Source: Octopus sinensis (lineage: Eukaryota). Taken from it: DNA of 64,000 bases. Below the pieces are notes generated by a model. It worked only from the letters and a program-made list of their open reading frames with translations. It was not told where the DNA came from and made no database searches. The position numbers and the translations under genes are program-made. Below are positions 35,697-50,100 of this stretch, piece after piece (the stretch's first letter is position 1; the number at the start of each line of letters is the position of its first letter). Location of the stretch: positions 31,806,001 to 31,870,000 of the forward strand of contig NC_042997.1 in NCBI RefSeq assembly GCF_006345805.1. Direction: 5' to 3'.

Positions 35697-38600
35697 TGTC
35701 TGTCTGTCTGTCTGTCTGTGTGTCTGTGTGTGTGTGTGTGTTGTGTGTGTGTGTGTGTGTTTGACTTGGTGTTTGTGTTACTTCGCAACCGGTTTCTTTA
35801 TATTCCCATAACTTAGCGATTCTTCAGTAAAAGAAACCAATAGAATAAGTCCCAGACTTTAAAAAAAATCATGTACTAGGGTCGATTTGTTCGACTTAAC
35901 CCTTCAAGGCAGTGTATCAACATGGCCACAGTCTAATGGCGGAAATAAGTAACAGATAAAGATGAAACAAACAAGACGGAAAGAGCGACTTGCTCAAAGA
36001 AACAACTAATTAAATCGAAATGCGAAGATCAATCAATTGATCTCGATTTAAAAATTTAATTCTATTCATTATACCAATCTAAATTACGGAGCATTTTTAG
36101 TAACTTTTCTAAATAAATATTCATCCATCACGTCCATTTTGATATAGTTTTTTTTCTTTCTTTTTTCTGAATTTCTAATTTAATTTTTTTTCAACCACAA
36201 CAATATGTTCACCATAGATATTTTAAAAACAGAAAAGTAAATGCGATTCTTTAGTGATAATTGCAATTCTGATTTTCATGCATGTTTATAGAAGGGTTCT
36301 AATCATTTAATCACCAAACATAATCAATCGTCATACTAGTATTGCTTTGATCTTCTTTTTTATTAGCATAATAATTGAAGGAAGAATTCTATAGTGGTGT
36401 CATTTAAAAATGCTTGTCATTTCGCCTCGAGCCGACTAAAGCCTAGTAAAATGAACACAGCAATGGTTGTGTAATTATGAAGTTCGCTTCTCAATTACGA
36501 GGTTCTGGGCTCGATCTCACAATGCCGTACCATGGCTAAGAGTATTCAGTAAAAACCTCGAATAGAACCGATCAAAGCCGGTGAGTGAAAATTTGATAGA
36601 CAGAAATTGTGTAGAGACGCCTCGGAGACTTAATCTGCCACCAGGAATGACATCTACATCTGGCTTTTTTAGTGGAGTTCATACTGTTTTGAGAATTCGC
36701 ATCAGACTAGCTAGAGTGCCGGGTAGAGTACCTTCAAGTATTTGTTCTGGTTCTCTGCATTCTGAGTTCAAATTCTGCCATGGTCTACATGGGTGATAGA
36801 CTTAATCTGCTGCCCGACTCAACACCACCACCTACACATTGGATGTTTTTAGCTATAGTTCTTAAACTGTTCTCTATTGTAGGTCTCTGGTTTGAAAGTA
36901 TTTTCCCTCCCCTTTCTCCCTCCCACTAATCTTGGAGGCCCCGTAAATGGATCACGGACATTGTCTTCTGATTAACAGATTTTTAAAAAACAGATCAAAT
37001 CCTTTCCTCTCACTAGTTAGAGAAATCCTAAGAAAGTCTTTCTTCCTCTAAGAAAACTACAAAAAATACTTTAAGCATTATTTTAACTTGACACATAACA
37101 GTATACTTGCTGCTAATTGTGGAAAACTTACAAATCCTTCGCTCATTTAACTGTAGATATTTCTGTATTTAGAAGTTCCTCTTCCTTTCATTGTTCTTTT
37201 GTGGTGGATATCAGTAGTTTGCCGCTCAGAAATAATGTTATTTGTAATACAGATCATCTTTCTTGCCCCCTCTCTACCCTTCTCTTTCTTTAGTGCGACG
37301 TGGTTTGCTATTGTGTCTGGTGATGTGTTTATCAAGTAAAGCAAAAGGTAAAAGTTTCGACAATTTAGAGCTTCCAGTAGTTCGATTAACGGAACAACCT
37401 AGACATTATATTAAAGTGGCTGAGTATTCCACAGATACTTTTACTTTTAATGTAATATTTCCCAAACAGAATTGGCGTGTCACTGTATGTAAAAAAAAAA
37501 GATGGCTGTTTTAATTCTAGATACAATCCATCTAACAGTTTTCCATAAGCTGTTATCCTGAATTACACGCACAAATTTGGGTTGATCCGAGGTCAAGAGA
37601 AAAGACATTTATATTTATTCACATGTTTTAGATTGCACACAACAGCAATGGCTAAATTTTTTGCAGTTTATCATTAAACATACATAACTAAACATTTCAG
37701 ATTGTGCAACATATGATATTTACTGCATCATTAATTGATTAAAAGTAATATTTTCTGGTTCTACAAATGGAATTGTAATAATGTTAAATCCTACTAAAGA
37801 CTCATTTCTAAGTAGCTATTTTTTTTATTCTGTATAAAAATGACATATTAAGATATATTTTAAAAATCACTTTGTTATCCATTACATACAGAAAAAAACA
37901 AACAATTTTTATAGCCATATTTTTGTCCAAATATTGTCCAAATCTTATTGCTTTATTTTCAGAATAGCACAGTTCAACTATTTCGGCGGTGTGCTTGCCT
38001 GAGAAGTGATATGATTTGTGACGGTGTGTTGAAACTAAAATAATTACAGTGTAGAAGATACATATTAGTCATTCAGAAACACACAAAGGTTGCTAACTTC
38101 ACTTAAACATTTATCATTTAGTGTCAACATTTTCGTCGCACCACTGCAACCTGGTCACCGATATGATTCCATTGCAATTCGGCTATGGTTCTTTAACTGT
38201 TCTATTATTTGTTTACTTATTTTTTCTAGTTTTCAACCGAAGTACCGTGTTTCCTACTTTTGTACCGAATGTCTCATGACCATTTAAGACAAATAAAGTT
38301 ATTACATTAGAATATTGTTTTTATGCTTCCCTATGGAGAATTCTTTATAAAGAAAGGTTCAACTGGCTTTTTTCGTTTATTTTGAGTATGGGATTTGTTT
38401 AGTTAGTTTTTAATTTAATAGGGTTTTTTTTTTTTTGCTTTCAATTAGTTCATCTTGGCAAAGAATGACATGATGGAACAATGGATTATTCTTATAATTA
38501 ATTATTCTCCAGTCTTTCATTTTTAACATTGATATAATTTATATTGCGTCACAGGACTGTGGAAAGGGCATTGACTAAGTAAGGTAAGGACAAGTTCTGA

Positions 38601-39108
38601 CTTAGTACTAAACACTTGATAAAAATCCTTCTTGTTTAGAACTGCAAACTTTTCTGGGATCCCTTCTCACCCATATCTATCATATAACCACGAATCAAAA
38701 AAATATCAAATCATACAGAGTTAATATGGTATCAGAAAAATTGTAGGGTTTCAAGAGCATTGTAGTTCGCTTGAAGCATTGTAATATCTAAGAAAGTAAA
38801 AAAAAAAAAAGAGAAAATAGAAAGCTTCTGACAATGCGGAAAGTTCAAAGAAACCTTTATATTTCAGGCGCAAAGGTCCATCTTCAGAAGAAAAGAACAG
38901 TCTGAGAAAAGTGCAGTTATGTAGGTTCCGTTAACCCATTCAAACTGGGTTCAAGAAGACACAATTTGAACGAAAGAGCTGTCTGAAATGTTATTGAGTA
39001 TCCTGTAACATTATCTTTAATATATAAACACTAATGATATAATATCATGAGTGTTCGTGCAAATATCAGTAACTAACAAGGATTTTGATGATACTCTATC
39101 ACCAATTG

Positions 39109-39410
39109 TTGTTTGTTCCTTCTCGAGCCTAGCTCATTAGGGTCGGTTTCCCGGTTTCCTTGGCGTATAGGTTCCCCACCTGGACGGGACGCCGGTCCGT
39201 CGCAGGTGAGCTGCAAGATGCAGGAGGAAAGAGTTAGAGAAAGTTGTGGCGAAAAGAGTCAGCAGAAGTTCGCCATTACCTTCTGCCAGAGCCGCGTGGA
39301 ACTTTAAGTGTTTCGCTCATAAACACACACATCACCCGGTTTGCGATTCGAACCCTCGATCCCTCGACCGCGAGTCCGTTGCTCTAACCACTAGGCCATG
39401 TGCCTCCACT
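39109..39410 (-). mobile_element. Full-length tRNA-derived SINE (family D) with 12-bp TSD
   Basis: Head gtggaggcacatggcctagtggttagagcaacggactcgcgg...ggttcgaatcgc; TSD tatcaccaattg at 39097-39108 and 39411-39422. Confidence 0.92.
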
Positions 39411-40056
39411 TATCACCAATTGCTGTGGCCATATTCAAAATATTTAACTCACAATAGCCAAGCTCGGCTAGCATTGAGAAGACAACTCACTGTGATATAC
39501 GACTGCGCACGATGCAACTGTAGACGCTGTATGGTCGATTGCTTACGAAGTTTGGTTCGATCCCACTGTGTGGCAACTTAAACAAATGTCATTCTCTATA
39601 GCCTCTTGTCGACCCATATGTGGAGAGTGAAACTGAGTAGCAGAAAGTTTACAGAAGCTCGTTGGATGGATTGAATCTATAAATCAAAATAGTAGCCCCT
39701 TGTTACACCCTGTAACTTGCTGATTCTGCCTAAGAATTACCTTAAGGGCACATGTGTCTGGAAAGTACAGCCGCCTACACGTTGATTCAGGATTAAGTAA
39801 TTCAGCTCACCGAACAACTGAATCCTCTTCGCCAAACGACGGAAATCCTTCTCCACCTCTACCACCATCACCACCATCCTGATGTAGTAATAACAGTATC
39901 ACAGTTCTTAAATTCATTAACATTTCATTAATTTGCAGTACATAGTTCAAGAAATCCTGAAAGCGTAGACAAAGCAATGTGGAGCCTTTTCAGACTGTTC
40001 GTTCGTTAAATCACTATAGAATCTTAATTAGCAATCAAACAACTCGAAAAATGACA

Positions 40057-40263
40057 AAGGACTAACCTCTCACAACAATTTTCATAATTACCAGCACTAA
40101 CCTCACCGAACAATCAACAGACCTCGTTCTAAAGTGAAACTAAAATAGATCAGGCTACTTAAGGACTAACCTCTTACAACAATTTTCATAATTACCAGCA
40201 CTAACCTCACCGAACAATCAACAGACCTCGTTCTAAAGTGAAACTAAAATAGATCAGGCTACT
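40057..40263 (+). repeat. 104-bp direct tandem duplication
   Basis: aaggactaacctct...agatcaggctact at 40057 and 40161. Confidence 0.95.
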
Positions 40264-40655
40264 AAACTCCCTTCCACGGCTACAAATTATAGAATTCCGA
40301 TAGAATATACTTTCACTATGAGGCAGGCAGCATGGAGCAAGAATTTCCAATCCTCGTCAGTCACTGATGTTTGCACGAACACTCGTGATGTTATATCATT
40401 AGTGTTTATATATTAAAGATAATATTGCAGGATACTCAATAACGTTTCAGACAGCTCTTTGATCCAAATCGCGTCTTCTTGAACCCGGTACATTAAACCA
40501 ACAGAATATGAAAGTTTATATATTTATATATCATACATATACATGAGAATGTATGTATATGTTTTGCCTATGTGTACATAAACACACGTAATATATATGT
40601 ATGTGTGTGTATATTTATATATATATGAATGTACGTATGTACGTAAGTATGTAAA

Positions 40656-40691
<36 letters not shown>

Positions 40692-40982
40692 CATATATAC
40701 ATATATATGTATATGCATACATATATGTATATATATATATATATATAATACATACACACACGCACGCACACATACACACACACACACACACACAAACACA
40801 CCACACACACAACAACACACACACACGTATACAATATATATCAATTTCTAAAAAATCATTTTCAAACATCATTTATCAAATGCACGCCTCTCTTCAGTAA
40901 ATTTCGAAGTTTTCATCTTAACTAAAGAATTTTCTTCCACACCCCACTCACACCCTCTTTCTCACTGTTTCCTTCTTCCCTC

Positions 40983-41028
<46 letters not shown>

Positions 41029-41350
41029 CTTCATTTTTCTCCCTTTCTATCTCTCTCTCTTTATCTATCTACCTATATGCTTTTCTAGTGCTCCATCTCG
41101 ATGTCACCTCTCTTTCGCTCTGTTCTCTCTGAATTTAGTTTATTGTGTAATGAGTTCAAGAGTGATTTATTAAACAGCTATGAAACCTTGACTGAACAGA
41201 GTTAAGTATGTTGCTTACGATCACAACTCAACGGCCGCAGTGAGAATACACTTAATGATAATAGCGATTTCTTTTAAATAATTGCAACACAGATTTATAG
41301 AAGACAGCAATACGATATTTTGTGACGGCTGTGTCTTCCTCTAAGGGTAG

Positions 41351-41736
41351 TCTATATATATAAAACTGAAGTTGTCTGTGTGTGTGTAGCAGGTTTGTTA
41401 GCCTTCAACCTCCGAGACCCTGCGGCGCAAATTGACCAAAATTGAGAGTATGATAGAAGAAGGCTTGCTCTTCATTCCGTAGAAGAAAAAATTCAAATTG
41501 GACCATGTTAACACCAAAAATTATTTACATCAAAAAGGTCCTTTTTTTTATGAAAACCCTATTTTATACGATTTTTGACTGCTGTGTCGCCATTTTCCAG
41601 TGTATTTCAACCGGAAAAAATGTTCACTTAAAGCGAATAACAAGCTACATAATGAAAATTTTTTACTTTGCAAAAATTCCAATTCTAAAGAGTCGAAAAG
41701 AAAACAAACCCGAGCAACGCCGGACTAGACTGCTAG
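41351..41736 (+). mobile_element. Non-autonomous Helitron
   Basis: 5' TCTATATATATAAAA start; 3' hairpin cccgagcaacgccgg (41709-41723) followed by CTAG/T (41733-41737). Confidence 0.75.
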
Positions 41737-42042
41737 TATTAATATAAGAGGAAATTCACACCGACTGACATTTGAAACCGTGTATCATCTCGTCTCTTAT
41801 CTACACTCTACGATTCTTTTATTCTTGTATCTGCTTTAGTCATTGGACGGCAGCCATACTGGAGCACTGCCTTAACAGATATAGTTGAACAAATTGCCCC
41901 ACGTTCTTGTTTTAATTTTGCTGCTTATTCTATATGATTGTTTTGTCGAACCGTTTAGCTGCGGGGACGTAAGCAAACCTACACCGGTTCTCAGATATAG
42001 GAAGAAACACGAACATAAAAACTTACAAATACGCACACACAC

Positions 42043-42079
<37 letters not shown>

Positions 42080-42799
42080 CTTCTGATATATGGATAAAAT
42101 TTTATTAAAAGAATTTATCAGTGGCCAGCATATGCAAAATACCTTTTAAGGTGAGAATTATAAATACAATTATAAATAAGGCAAAAAGAAAAAATTTTCT
42201 TTGCCAATATGCTGAAAAATAGACGCTAAATCGTCTAACAACATAAAATGTTTTGGCTTATATTGTTACGAGTGAAAATATAAGTGAAAATATTTTATAT
42301 GATTCGACGATATAGCGTCTACTTTTCGGCATGTTAGCAGAGAATTTTTTTTCTTTTTGCCCTTATTTATGATTGTATATATATATATATGCATGTATAT
42401 ACATACACACACATGTATATATGCATATATCTCATTATCTGTGTTACTGTTATTCTCCTTGCCCTGTCTTTTACTGTTTATAATTTGTACTGTCTTTACT
42501 GTCCTGTTTTTGTTACCATTTTTACCTCTCCGCAAAATAATCTCAAATTTTATTTGATTTGCTTTTCGCGGCAAGGAATGTTTCAATGAAGTCATGTCTC
42601 GCCTTGACCTTCTAAACGCGGAGTAGATGAAACAGAGGCGACTGAAGAAGGGTAATTTTCCTGTTGTTGTATGTCCTATACTCTATTTTTTCGTTGTTTA
42701 AGAAAAATGTCAATTTCCTTGGTTTTTTGTTTATATTTTCGTTTCTCATTGTGTTCGACGTTTTTTTTTTTTTTTGTGTCCTTTATATGCATGTATGAA

Positions 42800-43360
42800 A
42801 TGCTTAGTGGTATTTCGTCTGCCGTTACGTTCTGTGTTCAAATTCCGCCGAGGTCGACTTTGCCTTTCATCCTTTCGGGGTCGATAAATTAAGTACCAGT
42901 TACACACTGGGGTCGATATAATCGACTTAATCCGGTTATCTGTCCTTGTTTGTCCCCCCTGTGTTTAGCCCCTTGTGGGTAGTAAAGAAATAGGTATTTC
43001 GTACGTCACTGCGTTCTTAGTTCAAATTCCGCCGAGGTCGACTTTGCCTTTCATCCTTTCGGGCTCGATTAAATAAGTACCAGTTACGCACTGGGGTCGA
43101 TATAATCGACTTAATCCATTTGTCTGCCCTTGTTTGTCCTCTCCGTGTTTAGCCCCTTGTGGGTAGTAAAGAAATAGGTATTTCGTCTGTCGTTACGTTC
43201 TGAGTTCAAAACCGCCGAGGTCGACTTTGCCTTTCATCCTTTCGGGGTCGATAAATTAAGTACCAGTTACGCACTGGGGTCGATGTAATCGACTTAATCC
43301 CTTTATCTGTCCTTGTTTGTCCCCTCTATGTTTAGCCCCTTGTGGGCAATAAAGAAATAA
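42800..43360 (+). mobile_element. Head-to-tail trimer of family B SINE (184-bp period)
   Basis: ggtatttcgt at 42809, 42993 and 43177; each unit ends in aaagaaata. Confidence 0.88.
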
Positions 43361-43530
43361 GAATTGTTAGGGTGTCGGACATAATACTTAGCGTCATTTC
43401 TTCCGCTGCCTTAAACTGAAACCATTTATGGCGGCGAACCAGCAGAGTCAAAGACTCCAAAGGATGAAAGGCAAAGTTCCCCAAATTTCAGGTTTTGTGC
43501 CTAAATTAGAAATGATTATTATTATTCTCG

Positions 43531-43766
43531 CAGGAGTGGCTATGTGGTAAGTAGCTTGCTTACCAGCCACATGGTTCCGGGTTCAGTCCCACTGCGTGGC
43601 ACCTTGGGCAAGTGTCTTCTACTATAGCCTTGTGAGTAGATTTGGTAGACGGAAACTGAAAGAAACCTGTCGTATATATGTATATATATGTGTGTGTGTG
43701 TGTGTATGTGTGTGTGTGTGTTTGTGTGTCTGTGTTTGTCCCCCCAAGAAGCCCGTCGTATATATG

Positions 43767-43816
<50 letters not shown>

Positions 43817-43996
43817 TGTGTGTGTGTTTGTTACCCCAACATCGCTTGACAATCGATGCTGGTGTGTTTACGTCCCCTTTAACTTAGCGGTTCGGCAAAA
43901 GAGTCCGATAGAATAAGTACTAGGCTTACAAAGAATAAGTCCCGAGGTCGATTTGCTCGACTGAAGGCGGTGCTCCAGCATGGCCGCAGTCAAAAT
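43531..43996 (+). mobile_element. tRNA-derived SINE (family A)
   Basis: gcaggagtggctatgtggtaagtagcttgcttaccagccacatggttccgggttcagtccc head, internal (TG)n and conserved 3' part. Confidence 0.85.
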
Positions 43997-44318
43997 GACT
44001 GAAACAAGTATAAAAGAGTAAAAGAGTATTAAGGCGGCGAGATGGTAGAATCGTTTGCAAAATGCTTAACAGCAGTTTATCCGTCTTTACGTTAGGAGTT
44101 CAAATTCCCCGATGACTACTTAGCCTTATATCCCTTCGAGACCGATGAAATCAGTACCAGTTAAGCACTAGGGTCGATGCAATCGACTTGGCCCTTTCCC
44201 CCCCCAAAAAAAAAATTTACAGCAGTGTGCAAAGGATAATTGGTATTGTAGTTGTTGCTGCCGACATCGTCGTCATCGTGGTTGCTCTTGTTGTTGTTGT
44301 TGGTGGTGGTGGTGGTTA

Positions 44319-44352
<34 letters not shown>

Positions 44353-45068
44353 GGTGGTAGTGGTGGTGGTGGTGGTGGTGGTGGTATTGCTGGTGCGATA
44401 TATAGGCGGCGAGCTGGCAGAATCGTTAGAACGCCGGGCGAAATGCTTAGCGGTATTTCGTCTGCGTTACGTTGTGAGTTCAAATTCCGCCGAGGTTGAC
44501 TTTGCCTTTCATCCTTTCGGGGTCGATAAATTAAGTACCAGTTACGCACTGGGGTCGATGTAATCGAACGACCTAGTCTGTTCCTTGTTGCCCCTCTGTG
44601 TTTAGCCCCTTGTGGGTAATAAAGAAATAGGTATTGCTGGTGTTGGTGGTTGTGGTGATGATGATGATGATGATGTTGGCGGTGTTGATGGTGGTGCTGG
44701 TGGTTATGGTGATGATGATATTGGTGGTGGTGGTGATGGTGGTGGTGGTTTGGTCAGATAAGGTTATTTAGATGATGTTGGGTTGGTGGCAGGTAACGAA
44801 ATGATTACACGTAGATAAATTTTGTTTTTAGTATTATTCTTTTCGAACGAGTGTCAGCGCACGCACGTGCGTGCAGGTACGCGTATGTATATGTTCGCGC
44901 ATGTCTGAATATGTTTGAATGTGCAACGCTCATGGGTGTGTGTGTGTGCGTGTGTGTGTGTGTGCGTGTGTGCGTTTGTGTTTGGTGTGTGTGTGTGTGT
45001 GTGTGGTGTCCGTGTTTGTGTTGTGTGTGTTTGCGTGCGTGTGTCGTGTGTGTGTTGGGTTTGTGTTT

Positions 45069-45099
<31 letters not shown>

Positions 45100-45104
45100 G
45101 CGTT

Positions 45105-45135
<31 letters not shown>

Positions 45136-45138
45136 CCG

Positions 45139-45190
<52 letters not shown>

Positions 45191-46393
45191 CGCTATTCTT
45201 GCATTCTTGCGCAAATAAGATCCAGATCTTCTCACCTGTATTTCGTTTTGAAAAACCTTACCTTCCGTCTAACCATCACCAACCAACACCCACGCACACA
45301 CGGAAACACAGAAATACTCATATGCATATAGATAGGATACACATACATAATGTACATACGCAAATTCACATGTTCATACATACATACATACATACATACA
45401 TACATACATACATACATACATACATGCGAGTCAGTATGATCATGTATACACACACAAACAAACACACACACACACACACAAATACCCACATATACTGGGA
45501 AGGGCACACAAACGTTATCACATACTTCACACATAAACAGAGAAATACACGGGCAAAAGATACCATACACGCACGCAGGCACATAAACACACATACAAAT
45601 GCACGCACACACACATACACACACACACACACACCCACAAATAACAAACAAACACACATAACAGTCGGCTAACAATTGAAACAACGGCGAGAAGTAGAGG
45701 CTAATCTTTCGTTTAACTCTACCGTTCAACTTCTGTTCTTTATTAAGACCGCTGCCAGTTTCCTGCTAAACTCAAGTAGAGTATTAACCTTCAACCCTTT
45801 GACGTGTCAAAGATAGAGAGTGAGAGATGGCTGCGGATACACACACAGAGGCTTGTAAACATAAAATAGCATAGACTAATCTTTGCGTTAGAGGCGAGGC
45901 CTGGTCTAATAGCTAATAACCTTTTAATTATCTCATTGACCACACAGCTGGTTAAATAAAACAAAAGAAAAAATTCTTAAGTAAAGTACAATAGAATACA
46001 ATGAAATATATAAAGGCACACAGGCATGGCTTTGTGGATTAAGAAGCTGGCTTTGCAACCACGAGTTTCCGAGTTCAGTCCCACTGCGCGGCTACTTAGA
46101 CAAGTGTCTTCAACTATAGTTCCGGGCCGACCGAGGCGAGTTGGCCGAAGCGTTAGCAAGCCGGGCGGAATGCGTAGCCGTATTTCGTCTGCCGTTACGT
46201 TGTGAGTTCAAATTCCTCCGAGGTCGACTTTACCTTTCATCCTTTCGGGGTCGAAAAATTAAGTACCAGTTACGTACTGGGGTCGATGTAATTGACTTAA
46301 TCCCTTTGTCTGTCCCTTCTATGTTTAGCCCCTTGTGGGCAATAAAGAAATATATCTTGTAGGTGAATTTGGCAGATGGAAATTGTACGGAAA

Positions 46394-46424
<31 letters not shown>

Positions 46425-46448
46425 TTGGTGTTTTGGCTTTACAGCCGG

Positions 46449-46561
46449 CAACAAAACATCCAGATAGACAATACAAAAAAACAAGGACGGGTCATTTGAT
46501 AGAAAGCTTCGAATGACCCGTCCTTTGTTTTCTTTGCATCGTCTATCTGAATGTTTTGTTG
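46449..46561. repeat. 113-nt long hairpin
   Basis: caacaaaacatccagatagac pairs with gtctatctgaatgttttgttg, and ggacgggtcatt pairs with aatgacccgtcc. Confidence 0.85.
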
Positions 46562-46616
46562 TCCCTTTTTGTATCACCTAGCTGTCCGGATGTTTTGCGT
46601 TCTTGTCCCATTTTGT

Positions 46617-46652
<36 letters not shown>

Positions 46653-46693
46653 ATTTTAAAAATCCTTTTGGTGAGTAAAAAATCGAATGGAAT

Positions 46694-46757
46694 CCGTGGA
46701 ACTCGAGCCCACAATTCTTGTAAACATAACAGGCGTTCTACCGTTGGGCTAAAACAT
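46694..46757 (-). pseudogene. Degenerate tRNA-Thr(TGT)-like head
   Basis: Minus strand ttagcccaacggtagaacgcctgttaTGTttacaagaattgtgggctcgagttcc. Confidence 0.45.
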
Positions 46758-47789
46758 GTTTGCAAGGTTCGAGATCCAGAGGAGGGCATCGATTTTTTTT
46801 TTAATCCAAAAGGTTTTAATCCAAAATTTACATGCTATAGTTTGTAGCGTATTTGCTTCGAGATTCACCCTTCCTAAGCAGAATGTACATACGTATATAT
46901 TCATGAATATAAATTCTCTTGTTTTACTAGTTTCAATCATTGGGCGACGAGCATGCTGGGTCACTGACTTTAAAAGTTTTAATCAGTCGTAGTGACCGCA
47001 GTTTATTATTCAGTTTGATATATATATTATTTTGAACCGAGGTTACCGTTCTGACATAAAGGAAGGCAACTCGATACACCAGTTTTCACCGGTGAACTCA
47101 AACATATGTAGATACGCAAGAATCGATTACCTGAACTGTTACATCGTAAGATGAGACACCTTGTGGTATTTTTACCGGCTCTTTGCAATATAGATTCAAA
47201 TTCCGCTTCGTCATTGAAAAACGGACACATTTCCTTCAGGCAGAGAATATCAACAATTTTTTTAAAAATTGGGGAACCAGAATTCTGTTGTTTGATCGGA
47301 AGACCCACCAACAATAACAAAACAAAAACGAGCGCCAGCACTATCTTATTTTTGTAAGAAAAACATGAACTTCCAGAACTTGTATCATGAAAGATTCATT
47401 TAGATTATTTGTCTTTAAATTCACTATGACTAAATCAATTTTTAAAGCGATTGAAACCGGTAACATATTTCGATGGAAATGTAAATTGTTTCTCACATTT
47501 ATTCACAATAAAGTTCTCAAAGAATTTTCTTCCTTTTAATATACGGGGTGGGAAGGCGGGTGACTGATAGAATCGGTACTGCGTCGGAAAAAATGTTTAG
47601 CGGTATTTCTTCCGACTTTACGTTCAAATGCCGCCGGGGCCGACTTTGCTCTTCATCCTTCTGGGGGTTGATAAAATAAGTACGAGTTGAACACTCGCGT
47701 TGATGTATATTTAAGTATATATATCTCTGTATAACACAACCCAAGACTGAATGTGTTAACAAGTGCTTGTCCAACAGGGATTTCATCAT

Positions 47790-48390
47790 CCATACTCTCA
47801 ACAATACGCTCTTAAATATGGTTTCTGATTACAAATATCTTGGGTCATACATATCATCATCTGAAAAAGATTTTCTAACTAGAAAGGGTATGGCCTGGTC
47901 AGCCTGTAATGATAGATCTGGTCATCAAATCTAAGTAGAGATTTCAAACTTAAAATCTTCAAAGCCACAGTCGAACCAATTCTACTATATGGCTCAGAAA
48001 CCTGGACGTTATCAAAGAAGCTTAAGAGGCAGTTGGATGGAACTTACACTCGCCTCCTTATGAGAGCTCAAAATCTCTCGTGGAAGCGTCATCCAACCAA
48101 AGTACAAATATATGGAAAATTACCACCTGTATCATCTCTTGTGAAAGGTAGGAGAGTCCAGTTTGCTGGACATTGTTTTAGAGCTAAAAACGAGGTAATT
48201 TCTACTCTTCTCCTCTGGAAGCCATCTGCTCGCGATACCAGAGGGCGCACACTCTCCTACCCTGATGTAATCTCCAGGGATACAGGCATCCAGCAACAGG
48301 ACCTCCGTAATGCTATGATGGACCGTGACGTCTGGCGTAACATAGTAAATTCCATTGTCTCGACCACGATCGAACAATGATGATGATGAT
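47790..48390 (+). mobile_element. RTE-clade LINE 3' fragment with (TGA)n tail
   Basis: DYKYLGSYI...KIFKATVEPILLYGSETW...LDGTYTRLLMRAQN...RRVQFAGHC...MMDRDVWR. Confidence 0.88.
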
Positions 48391-48450
48391 AACACAACCC
48401 ACAAATGTGGGTATTTTACACACATACACACATACATACATACACACAAT

Positions 48451-48499
<49 letters not shown>

Positions 48500-49149
48500 G
48501 GGGCGAGAGAGGAGAGAGGAGGAGAGAGGGAGAAGATGCACTTAAAGATTGATTTACTTTGTAAGTAATAAGAAACTTCGTTTTTGTATCTGGTTTGGAA
48601 TTGAACAGTGTGTGTGTGTGTTGATAATATTAGCATAATGACTCTCCCTAGACACAATAAAAGGAAACTAATATATTCTTTTCTACACTAAGCACAAGGC
48701 CAGAAATTTTGGTGAAAGGGGCCAGTCGATTAGATCGACTCCAGTACGCAACTGGTACTTAATTTATCGAACCCGAAAGGATGAAAGGCAAAGTCGACCT
48801 CGGCGGAATTTGAACTCAGAACATAAAGACAGACGAAAGGGAAATTAATATATTAAAACACTCCATTGCAATGCTGATACAATTGCTCCATTTCAGTTTT
48901 CAGCTTTTCTAAATCTCATCTCTTCACAGGTGCTCAAGTGCGTTTTGAAGTTTTGGTTGCTATTTCTTAAAGTAAATCATATGCAGATTGCCCTTGAGAT
49001 AGCGAATAAAAACGTATACGGTTTTTAAAAGGTTTCTTTCTTAGTTTCTGAAAACACGATGGAATGATAGATATACGGACAAGCAAATCATGTGTGCAAA
49101 CACGTACTACAATTTTCAGTAAATCCATCCATCCACCCATCCATCCATC

Positions 49150-49555
49150 CATACATACACACACATACATACATACATACATACATACATACATACATAC
49201 ATACATACATACATACATACATACGTACATACATACATGCATACATACATACATACATACGTACATACATACATACGTACATACATACATACATACATAC
49301 ACACATACAAACATACATACATACATACATACATACATACATACAAAGATACATACATACATACATACATACATACAAGATACATACATACATACATACA
49401 TACATACATACAAAGATACATACATACATACATACACACATACATACATACATACATACATACATAATACATACATACATACATGTATATATACATACAT
49501 ACATACATACATACATACATACATACATACACACATACATACATACATACATACA

Positions 49556-49587
<32 letters not shown>

Positions 49588-49660
49588 CATAATACATACA
49601 TACATACAAAAGTATATATATATATACATACATAAATACATACATACGTACATACACACA
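49150..49660. repeat. (CATA)n microsatellite (similar tract at 53690-54080)
   Basis: Direct inspection. Confidence 0.98.
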
Positions 49661-49669
49661 CGCACACAT

Positions 49670-49864
49670 GTATATTAGATGTTAAAGGTATGGAATACTC
49701 GCGTTGAGGACTCTGAGTTTTTGAGCGGCCACTCAATAACAGCTATGTATATATGTATATCTTGAAATAAACATACATTATACATACATACAAACATTAT
49801 TGAGTCGCCACTCAGAAACTGAGTCTTCAACGTACGTATTCCATACCTTTAACATTTAATATAC
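49670..49864. mobile_element. MITE-like foldback (about 70-bp imperfect TIRs, about 57-bp spacer)
   Basis: gtatattagatgttaaaggtatggaatac...actcaataa pairs with ttattgagt...gtattccatacctttaacatttaatatac. Confidence 0.75.
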
Positions 49865-49901
<37 letters not shown>

Positions 49902-50100
49902 GCGGTATCAACTACCGAATATCTTAGTATATCGCTGGTCACAATATGCTCTGCATCGTTTTAGTTTTCTATTGATGCTGCTCCGCTCGCTAGGCAGGAA
50001 ACGCAACATTGCCACTAAACGGAACGTCAGTCCGTTGCAGACTTTCCGACAGACAGACAGGCAGATAGGCAGACAGACAGGCAAGTTGGTTCATAGATAT

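Noticed and set aside
37560-38300. Possible decayed DDE (Merlin-like) coding sequence
   Set aside because: Only scattered residues match; not supportable.
40840-40915. Minus-strand CTGAAGA-gaggcgt..atgttt-GAAAA
   Set aside because: Closing pair, stem III and stem I do not register properly; a possible relic only.
47027-47341. 104-aa minus-strand ORF
   Set aside because: No recognisable domain and no clear splice signals.
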